A DNA stretch of 39,940 nucleotides. Source: a virus (lineage: Duplodnaviria; Caudoviricetes). The stretch is from the IMG/VR virus record IMGVR_UViG_3300024187_000006, positions 1-39,940 of that record; one strand, 5' to 3'. Positions 9,006 through 17,297 of the stretch are shown in pieces. Made by a program: the position numbers and the translations under genes. The notes beneath the pieces are model-generated. The model saw only the letters and a program-made list of their open reading frames with translations. It had not been told where the DNA came from and did no database searches. The first letter of the stretch is position 1. Each line of letters begins with the position of its first letter.

Positions 9006-9338
9006 TTAACTGCACTGGCGCTCTTCAGCGCCATCGTTCGTCGTTCGTGTGTTGAGCGTTCGCGCGAAGACGCTATATGCCGCTATAGCACGCCGCCTCG
9101 CGTTGGCCCGCAACCGCAGATGCGCTGCTCGTTGGCTGGTCTTCCTGAACTGGATGCATAATTCGCACACTTCATCTTCGTCAATTGCATTTCTGGAGAC
9201 GATACACACTGGACTACTGTCCGTGTTGTGAGCGTCAACCAATACGCTCCATTTTTCGCGGTCTTCACGGAGTAGCAATTCCGCTCGCGCTACAGCTATG
9301 GCCGCATCGATTAGCCGCTTTTCTACGGAATGCATCAT
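9006..9338 (-). CDS. hypothetical protein
   Basis: 110 aa, GGGGAGG RBS. Confidence 0.65.
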   Translation of the reverse strand: MMHSVEKRLIDAAIAVARAELLLREDREKWSVLVDAHNTDSSPVCIVSRNAIDEDEVCELCIQFRKTSQRAAHLRLRANARRRAIAAYSVFARTLNTRTTNDGAEERQCS

Positions 9339-9583
9339 GCCTCCCCTTGTTTATCGCTCTCGCCACGCCATTCACGCATCCATTCACACGCTTCGCAAAC
9401 ACACGATACGCGATGTCTGTTTGAGACTATACGCATGACTGCGGTCGCTTCCCTAAGCGCCTTGGTGAGCGCCAGGGCTGTTATCGGTCCGTACGTTTGG
9501 TTGAATTTTCCACAATCGTATGGGCTTTTGCTGCCCATCTCCGCCAGCAACTCAATCTCTCGCAGTTTCGCTTCGCTGATCAT
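9335..9583 (-). CDS. hypothetical protein
   Basis: 82 aa, ATGA coupling, CVCEAC motif. Confidence 0.65.
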   Translation of the reverse strand: MISEAKLREIELLAEMGSKSPYDCGKFNQTYGPITALALTKALREATAVMRIVSNRHRVSCVCEACEWMREWRGESDKQGEA

Positions 9584-10113
9584 GCTACTGCCTCACAATC
9601 GCGTTTGTAGGATGCGAACTGATTCGGGGATGCGAATGGATACTCCCGCTGGAACCGAGCGTAAAGCGCGCGTTCTTGCGCCGTCACGGCTGGTTTCTGC
9701 GGAGCCTCCGGAATGACGCAGGGCAACACTGGTGCCTTGAAGAATCCTTCAGCCGCTGGTCGCTCTGCCGGTTCGTGGTGGTTTTTGGTTTCTTCGCGCA
9801 CGGCTGGCTTCCTTCCCTGTTCATAAGACTTTGAGTTCATATTAGGATGGATCGCCTTCGAGGTGACAATCCGAGGTGACACCCGAGGTGACAAAACGCC
9901 TTGCAAAGTGTAGACGTACACCGAGTTCCTGTTGCTCCTGACCGAGGTGACAATTTTCGCCCGCCGAAGCTCTTCGATGTAGCGGATAACCGACCGCTTT
10001 GACCGCTTCATTTCGCGGGCGATTGTCTTCTGAGAAGGCCAGCAGTGATTCTTGCCGCCCAGGTATGATTTTAGGACGGCGAGACAGGCTCGAGCGCCGC
10101 GGGATAGTTTCAT
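9580..10113 (-). CDS. replication initiator with N-terminal winged HTH (HTH_36-like)
   Basis: CWPSQKTIAREMKRSKRSVIRYIEELRRAKIV motif; internal iterons. Confidence 0.8.
   Translation of the reverse strand: MKLSRGARACLAVLKSYLGGKNHCWPSQKTIAREMKRSKRSVIRYIEELRRAKIVTSVRSNRNSVYVYTLQGVLSPRVSPRIVTSKAIHPNMNSKSYEQGRKPAVREETKNHHEPAERPAAEGFFKAPVLPCVIPEAPQKPAVTAQERALYARFQREYPFASPNQFASYKRDCEAVA
9859..9952. repeat. four CGAGGTGACA iterons; putative replication origin
   Basis: exact copies at 9859, 9872, 9884, 9943 inside the initiator gene. Confidence 0.8.
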
Positions 10114-10210
10114 GTCCTCGACCTTTCAAAGCGGAGCCGGGTCGAGTCGGCCCCGCTGATTTCCGTTACACGTGGGAGATCAGGCCCACGTGAGCCTTGC
10201 GGCCACAAAC

Positions 10211-10239
10211 AGACTACATCAATCAGGATAGCATTTCAA
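10211..10239 (-). promoter_or_regulatory. sigma70-type promoter upstream of initiator
   Basis: TTGAAA-17 nt-TAGTCT. Confidence 0.55.
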
Positions 10240-10664
10240 GCGCTTTCGTTTTCGACGATCAAGGCGGCCTGCTTTTCTGAAATATCAATGATCACACCTT
10301 CGTGTGCTCCTACCACTGCCGGATGGATAACCTTCGTTCCGTTGAACCTGTTGACATTGTCGTTCACGATCACGCCGGCCTCTTGCAGCACGTCGAGGAT
10401 GGTGGTGTACATGTTGTCGGTGTCGGCGCCGGCATTGATGACGAAGAATTCGAAATCGACATCAGGATGCTCAGCGGGCGGCCGTCGCCACTGCTTGCGC
10501 GCCTGGAAGGTAAGAGCGTCGATCTGCGCTTTTATGTCGCGATCGATGATCACCGTCAGCTTTCCGGTTTTCCGGTTTACCCACGGACGTTTTAGATTCT
10601 TCTTTGCGGGAATGTGACCTTTCAGAATGAGCCGAACAATTGCTGGTGTCTGCTCGGCTCCCAT
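10236..10664 (-). CDS. rusA: RusA-like Holliday junction resolvase
   Basis: GHIPAKKN N-terminus, DTDNMYTTILDVLQEAGVIVND matches the RusA DxDN..K..LD.L...G...DD pattern (catalytic Lys apparently replaced). Confidence 0.8.
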   Translation of the reverse strand: MGAEQTPAIVRLILKGHIPAKKNLKRPWVNRKTGKLTVIIDRDIKAQIDALTFQARKQWRRPPAEHPDVDFEFFVINAGADTDNMYTTILDVLQEAGVIVNDNVNRFNGTKVIHPAVVGAHEGVIIDISEKQAALIVENESA

Positions 10665-10668
10665 CTGA

Positions 10669-11271
10669 TCAGTTGGCTTCGGAATTCAGCCGGCCGCGCT
10701 TGGCGCCCATCTGCCGAGCACTGGCGAGCGTTCCGGTTTCTTCGCCGTCGTCAAGTACCGCTTGACGCGATTCGTCGCTAGATAGGTCGATGACTTCCTG
10801 AACCTGTTCCGGGTAATAGGTGACCTTTAGCGGCCCGCGCGCGTTGTCGCTTTCGAACATGTACGCTTCGAGCTTCGCGCACGCGTCCTGCTCTTTGAAG
10901 GTCGCCTTGAACCGAAGCTCACGGCGGAACCCCTTCTTCTTTTTGCCTTCGATTTCCAGCCGGATCATTTCGAAGTCGCTGAGCACCAGGTACCCAATCT
11001 GGTATTCGGCGTCGATCAGCTTGTCGCTGGCCGAGTGAGTGAGCCAGCCGCCTTCGAACTTACCTTCAAACTTTTCGCTTTTCGTTTTCTCCCCTGGAAT
11101 GCTCCAGCCCATCTTTTCGAAGAGCTTTTCGTATCCCTGTCCGAGTCCGCAAGCGTACTTGACGTGGCCGCCGGCTGTGTCTACTCGGTGGATTTCAGTG
11201 ATTCTTGCGCCGTTGAATTTGATACTCTTCGCCGGCGCTTCCGGTGTGCTGATCGTTCTGGTGCTTGCCAT
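10669..11271 (-). CDS. hypothetical protein (200 aa)
   Basis: start revised to MASTRT with AAGGAG RBS. Confidence 0.75.
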   Translation of the reverse strand: MASTRTISTPEAPAKSIKFNGARITEIHRVDTAGGHVKYACGLGQGYEKLFEKMGWSIPGEKTKSEKFEGKFEGGWLTHSASDKLIDAEYQIGYLVLSDFEMIRLEIEGKKKKGFRRELRFKATFKEQDACAKLEAYMFESDNARGPLKVTYYPEQVQEVIDLSSDESRQAVLDDGEETGTLASARQMGAKRGRLNSEAN

Positions 11272-11282
11272 CCGTTCTCCTT

Positions 11283-11411
11283 TTAAAGTCCCAACATCAT
11301 TCGCCACCACGCCGGCGAAACTTGGCGAGCTCGCACGGCTCGAAAGATCAAGCCGGCGCATTCGGTAGGAATCCAGTTACAGCGATGACACACGCGCGGG
11401 TTACTGTCCAT
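11283..11411 (-). CDS. small hypothetical protein (42 aa; not in ORF track)
   Basis: MDSNPRVCHRCNW...; TAATG coupling, fills the gap. Confidence 0.4.
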   Translation of the reverse strand: MDSNPRVCHRCNWIPTECAGLIFRAVRARQVSPAWWRMMLGL

Positions 11412-12091
11412 TAGATCACCCTTAAGTGCTCGCCGCGCGGAAGTAGACGAGCCCCTTCAACTGTCGCAGGAACCGTGCGCTCGCCGTGGCAGCGAGGGCA
11501 AGTAGAAGAGTCGACCGCCTGCGTGTCGTGTTCGTCTAAACGAACATCTCCTCCTTTGCACTCTGGACACAGGACGCGACGCTTTAATTCTTCGCGAATC
11601 TTTTCAGTATCTGGAACATATAGAGCTTTGACAGGGAAGTCGCTAGGGAAGTTCACCAAGCCTGCATCATGTGCACGTAGAGCCTCAAAGTTTCCCGATG
11701 AGTCTTTCGGCCATTCGGGAATATCCAACGGCTCAAAGCCACCGTTTCCCTGCCGGCGAAACCCGCCGATGTTTTCCGCCTTGAGTTCCTTGATGTCGAA
11801 GCGTTGCATAACTGCCAACAAGTACGCCTTGTAGCGTTCAATGTTCGATTCGGCGCGCTTCCGAATTGCTCTGATGCGATCCTCTTCGGCCTTGCACGCC
11901 CCCACCAGGGTTTCTTGCTGAAGAACGAAAGCCCGAGAACTGGCCACCTTTACAGGAGTCCTATCTTGCCATTCGACGATTTGCTGGTCGACGGCCGCAA
12001 CAGCTTCCGTATCGCCTTCATCTACCAGCGTCGCGCGAAGCTCTTCGAGGTCGACAAGCGATTGCTCGATTACGAATAGTGATGCGCTCAC
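11411..12091 (-). CDS. Siphovirus Gp157-family protein with inserted DnaJ-type zinc finger
   Basis: SLF.IE N-terminus, KAEEDRIRAIRKRAESNIERYKAYL coiled coil, PDTEKIREELK, C-terminal VEGARLLPRGEHLRV; CPECKGG...CPRCHGE insert. Confidence 0.82.
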   Translation of the reverse strand: MSASLFVIEQSLVDLEELRATLVDEGDTEAVAAVDQQIVEWQDRTPVKVASSRAFVLQQETLVGACKAEEDRIRAIRKRAESNIERYKAYLLAVMQRFDIKELKAENIGGFRRQGNGGFEPLDIPEWPKDSSGNFEALRAHDAGLVNFPSDFPVKALYVPDTEKIREELKRRVLCPECKGGDVRLDEHDTQAVDSSTCPRCHGERTVPATVEGARLLPRGEHLRVI

Positions 12092-12291
12092 TCGACACCG
12101 CCAAGATTTCCGATGAGTGGTAGATTTCCATCGTTCTTTCGTGGCTTACCTTTGTCACTGCGCGCGGCCCGCGCAGGCTTCACTAGAACTAGCGCCGCAT
12201 CAATGGCTTTCTGTCGCTGATCAGGCTGTAGCGGTTCAAGCAGTTCCGCAATCCCCGCGGCTGCCGTTGTCAGTTGCTTTACGTCGGACAT
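12088..12291 (-). CDS. hypothetical protein
   Basis: 67 aa, AAGGAG RBS, RSDKGKPR motif. Confidence 0.75.
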   Translation of the reverse strand: MSDVKQLTTAAAGIAELLEPLQPDQRQKAIDAALVLVKPARAARSDKGKPRKNDGNLPLIGNLGGVE

Positions 12292-12413
12292 CGTTTCTCC
12301 TTTTCAATTCTCAATCCCCAGCGCCTCACATGGAGGCGTCGACGCTAGTGAAGCGCTGAGGTTCTTTGCTCGGTCTGAAACGGATGGCGCTCCGAATCGT
12401 GCCGAGCGAAGCT

Positions 12414-13124
12414 TTAAAACGGTACATCGTCGTCTGTGATTCCCCACTCTTCGGCCGTGTTCGTGCCGGCGCCGTCGCGATGGTCCTGCGTTGATTCAGG
12501 CTCCTCCGCTTCGCTGTGGTCATCGCGAGATGCATCTTTCGCGATCGCCAAAATTTCCGGCGCCGTGCAGTTAATCAGCTGATCCACCAACCAACTGTGT
12601 TGCGCCTTGAAATCCCATTCCTGAGTATGCTGATCTTGCTTCGCTGCCGGCATTCCGTTCGGCTGATCGCGAGTGTAAAACGATTTGACGGTCGCGCCGT
12701 CCTGGCGAAACCAGATTCCAGTCTCTTCGCTGCCTTGGCCTTTCTTCTTTCCGCGGAACACCGTCAAGCTCAACGGACGCGCCCAGTCGACGTTCGGCGC
12801 GATGCGCAGGAACCTGCGCAGGATCATGCTGTGATACGGCATGTCGAGGATGAACGTGTCCGCGCCCTCGACCATGTGCATCTTGAACCCGAAGTATCGC
12901 GAACCCGATTTTTCGTCTTTGCGGTCGTACTTTTCCAGCTTCACGACGTAGCCCTCAAGGTCGCGATAGTGATAGCCGTACTTGGTCAGAACCTCTTTGC
13001 TCTTCGGATTCGTGACGGTGATTTCCTCGCACCCATCGACACGCTGCTTGAGCTCTTGCCAGATCGAATAATCTTTGATGGCCAGGTAGATAGCCTTGCT
13101 CGCTGCCTGCTTAGTGAGTCCCAT
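12414..13124 (-). CDS. putative ssDNA-binding/annealing protein (236 aa)
   Basis: start revised to MGLTKQ (TAATG coupling); acidic tail ending DDDVPF typical of SSB C-termini. Confidence 0.6.
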   Translation of the reverse strand: MGLTKQAASKAIYLAIKDYSIWQELKQRVDGCEEITVTNPKSKEVLTKYGYHYRDLEGYVVKLEKYDRKDEKSGSRYFGFKMHMVEGADTFILDMPYHSMILRRFLRIAPNVDWARPLSLTVFRGKKKGQGSEETGIWFRQDGATVKSFYTRDQPNGMPAAKQDQHTQEWDFKAQHSWLVDQLINCTAPEILAIAKDASRDDHSEAEEPESTQDHRDGAGTNTAEEWGITDDDVPF

Positions 13125-13411
13125 TAACCAGCCTTTCGTAAGGTCGTCTGCACTTCGTCTTTCTTTGCGCGGATCTCTTCCGAAGTCAGCGGACGATTCT
13201 CTTCGATGAATTCGTTCACATCGCGCAACACTTCGCGCTTGCAGAATGCGTACACCTTGCGCGAGGTTTCCTCGGCGTCCGCTTCGAAGCATTCCGCTCG
13301 CTGCGAACAAAAGAAATCGACGCTCTGGTAGTTGCCGGTGTTCAGCTTGTAGCTGAAACTGCGCGTGATGACCACGCGCCGCGATGCTTTCAAAGCTCTG
13401 AGTTTCGCCAT
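13124..13411 (-). CDS. hypothetical phage protein
   Basis: 95 aa; RSFSYKLNTGNYQSVDFFCS motif. Confidence 0.75.
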   Translation of the reverse strand: MAKLRALKASRRVVITRSFSYKLNTGNYQSVDFFCSQRAECFEADAEETSRKVYAFCKREVLRDVNEFIEENRPLTSEEIRAKKDEVQTTLRKAG

Positions 13412-13413
13412 AA

Positions 13414-13644
13414 TTACCCTTTAGAAAATGCTCTCTCTACTAGGTCGAACGCTACGGCGTCAAATGTCATGCCTGCGGTTTCCACAAACCCCTGCTTGGT
13501 TATTCCAGCCGATAGGGCCGCGTGCGCCGTCAGCGGAAACAGAGCAATCATCGCTGTAGTGGGGTCCAAGCCCAGCTGAGTTATCAATACCGTTACCGCT
13601 TTCGCCAAAGTCTCTTCGCCTTTGTCTTCATTCGCCATGCTCAA
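13414..13644 (-). CDS. hypothetical protein
   Basis: 76 aa, GAGGA RBS. Confidence 0.65.
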   Translation of the reverse strand: MSMANEDKGEETLAKAVTVLITQLGLDPTTAMIALFPLTAHAALSAGITKQGFVETAGMTFDAVAFDLVERAFSKG

Positions 13645-13685
13645 TTGTGTCCTCTCGTTTTGCTCGCTTCAATCACCAAAAGGTA

Positions 13686-14033
13686 CTAAGACTGTCGATT
13701 TCGCTGCTCGGTCAACCTGAATTCAACGATTTCCATGTCCGTCGCTATTCGGTCTGCTGGAGGCAGGCTCGGCGGGAAGTGTCCCTCAAGCTCCGAATCG
13801 CTGTAATAATCTCCAGCCGAGTACTCTGGTTTCCACTCGCCTTTGAGCCACGCTGCGAGCGCTCGCCGCGCTCCGATTTCTCGCGCGAACAGTCTCGGCT
13901 CGACGCGCAATTTGTTTTTGGCGAATTCTTTCTCGAATCCATCAGCGTGGAAGTTGAGCCCAGTAAATCCCCGCCCTTTCAGTTGTGGCATCAGACGGCC
14001 GCTTGGCTTGTGACGAATCCCGAAGAGTTTCAT
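13686..14033 (-). CDS. hypothetical protein
   Basis: 115 aa, AGGAG RBS, ATGA coupling. Confidence 0.7.
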   Translation of the reverse strand: MKLFGIRHKPSGRLMPQLKGRGFTGLNFHADGFEKEFAKNKLRVEPRLFAREIGARRALAAWLKGEWKPEYSAGDYYSDSELEGHFPPSLPPADRIATDMEIVEFRLTEQRNRQS

Positions 14034-14485
14034 TTTGCTCCTGTTTCTTGCAGGTATCGCGAGTAGTGCTCTTTCGCGAGCGCTTCCATGTCAACACCGT
14101 GCGTGCGCTCGAATGTGGCGCGTCCAGCGTCATACTGACGATGATGCGCGCGACATAGCGGCACGCAAGATGAATCAGGACCTTTGCTGGACTGTCCATT
14201 ATTTCTAGTGTGAGCCGGATCAATCGGCCAATGCGCCGATTCGCGTTTATCTTCGGGAAGCAGGCGGCACACGACGCACCATTGAATCGTGCACCATCGC
14301 CGATACTTCGGGTCACGCATCGGGCCGCGCCGCGCCTTCGCTCGCTTCTTTGGAATCAGCTTAAATCGCTTCGACAGAATCCCGATGACCTGTTTCAGGA
14401 CTGCGATCGTGCCGGCGTCCGTCGAGCCGTTGCGTTCGATATGACCTTGAAGATTTCTGAGTATGCGAACGGCGTGCTGGCTCAT
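14030..14485 (-). CDS. DUF968/HNH-like Zn-binding putative nuclease
   Basis: KYRRW....CVVC...DPAH....G...K.PD...VPLCRAHHRQYD. Confidence 0.8.
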   Translation of the reverse strand: MSQHAVRILRNLQGHIERNGSTDAGTIAVLKQVIGILSKRFKLIPKKRAKARRGPMRDPKYRRWCTIQWCVVCRLLPEDKRESAHWPIDPAHTRNNGQSSKGPDSSCVPLCRAHHRQYDAGRATFERTHGVDMEALAKEHYSRYLQETGAK

Positions 14486-14709
14486 TTGCGGTAGTCGTCC
14501 CGCGGATCGAAATCAGCTTCAACACCTTCCGCGACCGCCTTGGCCTTCGCATCGCGAAGCTTGCGCCATAGCGCGACTGCGTCCAAGTACCTCTGATGGT
14601 TCTTGTGCCGCTCGTTTCCCCAGCCCATCGACGCCATAGTGTTCATCTGCTGGATGGCTTCTTCGAGCGTGAGAGGAGGTACAGACTGCGGTTTATCCGA
14701 GGACGACAT
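14482..14709 (-). CDS. hypothetical protein
   Basis: 75 aa, AAGGGG upstream, coupled to next gene. Confidence 0.65.
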   Translation of the reverse strand: MSSSDKPQSVPPLTLEEAIQQMNTMASMGWGNERHKNHQRYLDAVALWRKLRDAKAKAVAEGVEADFDPRDDYRK

Positions 14710-14887
14710 AGGTCCCCTTCGAAGGCTTCGGAGTCACCCTGCCGTAATCGTTTCGCTTAACAAGTGAGCACACACGCCGCAGTGCTTCCTTCGGCTGTGG
14801 TGTGGCTTCCATCTCGAAATAGACTTCGGCGTGCGGGTCAACTTCCGCAAGTCTAGTAAGCGCCGCTGCAAGCTCTTTGAGTGTCAT
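14693..14887 (-). CDS. hypothetical protein
   Basis: start revised to MTLKELAAAL (ATGA overlap at 14884-14887). Confidence 0.6.
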   Translation of the reverse strand: MTLKELAAALTRLAEVDPHAEVYFEMEATPQPKEALRRVCSLVKRNDYGRVTPKPSKGTYVVLG

Positions 14888-15114
14888 ACTCTGGCTCCAG
14901 AGCAAATGAAATTCTCAGCTTCTATGACTTGTCGCTCCAGTTGATCGCTGATTATCAGGCGTGTGGCCTTGAGCCCGATCACATAGCCTCTCTGCTCTGC
15001 GTCAGCGATAGCTTGGGCAACTTCGGTTTGTTGCAAGCTTGATGGAAGGATGGCAGCCGCTCGCTGGCGATGCTCCTCGGTAACTTCAATACGGAATTTT
15101 TGTGATTGCGCCAT
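14884..15114 (-). CDS. first early gene, hypothetical, probably leaderless
   Basis: start revised to MAQSQK, 6 nt after TATACT. Confidence 0.65.
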   Translation of the reverse strand: MAQSQKFRIEVTEEHRQRAAAILPSSLQQTEVAQAIADAEQRGYVIGLKATRLIISDQLERQVIEAENFICSGARV

Positions 15115-15120
15115 GTGATA

Positions 15121-15149
15121 AGTATAGGCGCACATGCACATGTGTGCAA
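15121..15149 (-). promoter_or_regulatory. early promoter with palindromic operator
   Basis: TTGCAC-17-TATACT; CACATG-CA-CATGTG at 15131-15144. Confidence 0.8.
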
Positions 15150-15177
15150 TACCCTAAATGTACCGATTACGATAGTA

Positions 15178-15360
15178 CTACAGGTGCTTCAGCATCACGT
15201 CAACGACTGCGCCGACACACGACGCTATTGCGAGCCACAACAGCACCGTACTGGCCCCTTTGAAGAAACGTGAGTGTTGCTCAAGGCTGACATGTTGCTG
15301 TGGCATGTCCAGACTACTTGCAGGTTTTAGGCCAATAGGCCGATCGTTTGGAATCATCAC
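15178..15360 (-). CDS. small membrane protein
   Basis: 60 aa with C-terminal hydrophobic helix. Confidence 0.55.
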   Translation of the reverse strand: MMIPNDRPIGLKPASSLDMPQQHVSLEQHSRFFKGASTVLLWLAIASCVGAVVDVMLKHL

Positions 15361-15611
15361 CGTCCGGCCGCTCGCGGTTGGTAATATCTGTCGATCCAGT
15401 CGCGCAAGTTTTGATGCTCCTGCCGCGCCCAGTCCTTCACGGCGCTGTCGTCCTGGAAATTCTTTAGTTCAAGCTTGTAAATCCTGTCGGAGAGTTCGCC
15501 TCGCACTGTGTCTATTTTACTGCTCACCTTGCTCGCCTCTGCGCGCACGTAGAGACACACCAGGGCCACGATGCCGCTTACTGCGAGGTGAATAATTTCG
15601 CCCGGAGTCAT
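15357..15611 (-). CDS. membrane-anchored coiled-coil protein (holin/antiholin/i-spanin-like)
   Basis: N-terminal TM helix then heptad-rich segment. Confidence 0.6.
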   Translation of the reverse strand: MTPGEIIHLAVSGIVALVCLYVRAEASKVSSKIDTVRGELSDRIYKLELKNFQDDSAVKDWARQEHQNLRDWIDRYYQPRAAGR

Positions 15612-15883
15612 TCGGCTTTCTTGGCGGTTTCAGCGATGACTTCGAGCTTGGCGGGCGGGTCGATGGCTTGCTTGGCGAGCAGCGTGACGTTATCTTGACC
15701 GCCGATGGTCTGTTTACCCTGCAGCCGCTGCCCGACAGCGAACTGAATGCATCCTAGAAACCACTGGCCGAGCGGGCTCTTCGGAGTCGGATAGGTGTTA
15801 ACCGCGTGGGCCACAATGGCGAGTACCGTGGAACCGCTCAGGAAGATCTGAACGTGTTCCCAGCTCACACTTGGTAGATGCAT
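15608..15883 (-). CDS. putative holin-like membrane protein
   Basis: 91 aa, two moderately hydrophobic segments; TG-A-TACACT 6 nt upstream of ATG. Confidence 0.5.
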   Translation of the reverse strand: MHLPSVSWEHVQIFLSGSTVLAIVAHAVNTYPTPKSPLGQWFLGCIQFAVGQRLQGKQTIGGQDNVTLLAKQAIDPPAKLEVIAETAKKAE

Positions 15884-15912
15884 GGGGAAAGTGTATCACG
15901 GCAGGAAGCTAA

Positions 15913-16076
15913 CCGCGCGCCGCGTCACCATCACGAGCCACGACGCGCGGGAACCAGTCAATTCCACAGGGTACTGAACGCTGCAGCCATCCCCTGCAGT
16001 TGGGAAAGAATGATTCGGGGAGTGCTCCAAGTCGCGTGTTAGCGGCGCGACAAGCATGAGGCGAACGCTCCCCGAA
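15913..16076. other. structured intergenic region (multiple hairpins)
   Basis: ttcggggagtg/cgctccccgaa outer stem with gtcgcg/cgcgac inner stem; ctgcag/ctgcag and ccgcgcg/cgcgcgg stems. Confidence 0.5.
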
Positions 16077-16081
16077 AGTCG

Positions 16082-16342
16082 TTAGACGGTCGGCGCCGGC
16101 GGCGTGTCTTTCGCCACTTCGGCGTCTTCTGCATCGGTCGACGTCTTCAGTTCGTTGGTGATTGCGTCGATGTCCGCCTGCGTTACCGTCTGGCCTACTA
16201 GCGCCGTCAAAAGCGCGATTGCCCTAGCCTGCGACGCTGCGGTCGCATCTGCTTGAGCTTTCAATTTCGTGAGGTCAACTGACATTATTCCAAGTGTCCT
16301 TTCGATTCGATCTAACTGCGAAGGTCGTTTTCGCCACCACAT
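16082..16342 (-). CDS. small coiled-coil protein
   Basis: start revised to MWWRKRPSQLDRIE (TAATG coupling). Confidence 0.65.
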   Translation of the reverse strand: MWWRKRPSQLDRIERTLGIMSVDLTKLKAQADATAASQARAIALLTALVGQTVTQADIDAITNELKTSTDAEDAEVAKDTPPAPTV

Positions 16343-16512
16343 TATTTTTTGGTTTCCGGCAACACGGTGCACGGCGTAGATCCGATGATAGCATCGGGAT
16401 GAACTGGAGGCGGATCGGGGCACACCGTTCGGTCGAGCGCTGTATGCACAGGAACGTTTCGGAACATGCAGCCGCTTAGCGTGAGCACTGCAATCGCTAG
16501 AAGTACTTTCAC
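16342..16512 (-). CDS. small Pro-rich lipoprotein, o-spanin-like (56 aa; not in ORF track)
   Basis: MKVLLAIAVLTLSGC lipobox then ...CPDPPPVHPD...TPC; GTGA and TAATG overlaps on both sides. Confidence 0.7.
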   Translation of the reverse strand: MKVLLAIAVLTLSGCMFRNVPVHTALDRTVCPDPPPVHPDAIIGSTPCTVLPETKK

Positions 16513-17003
16513 TTGGTCACCAGCGAATGTTGCGCGAGTGAGTGAGCCTTGCTCGCGGTCGCTGCCGCACGCGTCCGCAGCTTCTCAAACTGCGCCGCAT
16601 CAGAAGCGCTCAACGGCACCGGCGGTTTCACAGCGCGAGGTGTCGGAACAGCAGCCGGCGGTAAGGGATTCTGAGCGAGATAATCGCTCACTGCTTTGTT
16701 GATCGCAGCAATTACGATCACGACTTTCTGGGGAGTTCCAGGACCGAGCACAGGCGCGATCTGTTGAAGGAGACATCCTGAGATCGCGAGGATCTGCTGA
16801 GCGTTAGGCGTGCCCGTCTGTGAGCCGATGCAGTTCGCGACCGCCGCGACGTATTCAGGAACCTCGGCTGGAATCGGAACGCCGGCCGACTGAATAATCG
16901 GGATGGCCGACTCCGTTACATCGACGATTGTTTTGAGAGTCGAGAACGTTCCACATCCGATCAGCGGAAGTAGCAACGTGGCGATGAGCAGAATTCGTTT
17001 CAT
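16509..17003 (-). CDS. lipoprotein (164 aa)
   Basis: start revised to MKRILLIATLLLPLIGC (lipobox), AAAGG upstream. Confidence 0.8.
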   Translation of the reverse strand: MKRILLIATLLLPLIGCGTFSTLKTIVDVTESAIPIIQSAGVPIPAEVPEYVAAVANCIGSQTGTPNAQQILAISGCLLQQIAPVLGPGTPQKVVIVIAAINKAVSDYLAQNPLPPAAVPTPRAVKPPVPLSASDAAQFEKLRTRAAATASKAHSLAQHSLVTK

Positions 17004-17015
17004 GAAAACCTTTCT

Positions 17016-17046
17016 GAATAAACCGGAGCGTTGCGGACCGCTCCGG
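17016..17046 (-). terminator. intrinsic terminator-like hairpin in lipoprotein leader
   Basis: CCGGAGCG-8 nt-CGCTCCGG followed by TTTATT. Confidence 0.55.
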
Positions 17047-17224
17047 GCACTGCCAGCATTGTGGGCCATTCGGTTCCAATCTTGATGTGAGCAGCGCTCC
17101 AACCGTATCCGCACTGGGTTACCGGAGCGCCTCTAGGCCGTGACCAACTGGATTCGCACGGCTAACACCTCCCGAAACTGCAAGCCCTTCTTCTAGTGGT
17201 ATGTCATAAAACCATTTTAAATTT

Positions 17225-17276
17225 GCCCGGCGTCGTTTTCTCCCCCGTCAGATAGCACACAGGAACGACGCCGGGC
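17225..17276. repeat. 13-bp perfect inverted repeat, 26-nt loop
   Basis: gcccggcgtcgtt / aacgacgccgggc downstream of the 197-aa gene. Confidence 0.8.
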
Positions 17277-17297
17277 TTCCCCTTGCGAAGAATTCGC

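Noticed and set aside
16379-16400. TG-C-TATCAT extended -10 within a small palindrome
   Set aside because: Lies inside the small lipoprotein CDS and the next gene is translationally coupled; likely chance
15900-17290. tRNA genes or a mini-CRISPR array in the structured intergenic regions
   Set aside because: No cloverleaf with T-loop GTTCRA and no regularly spaced repeats found by eye
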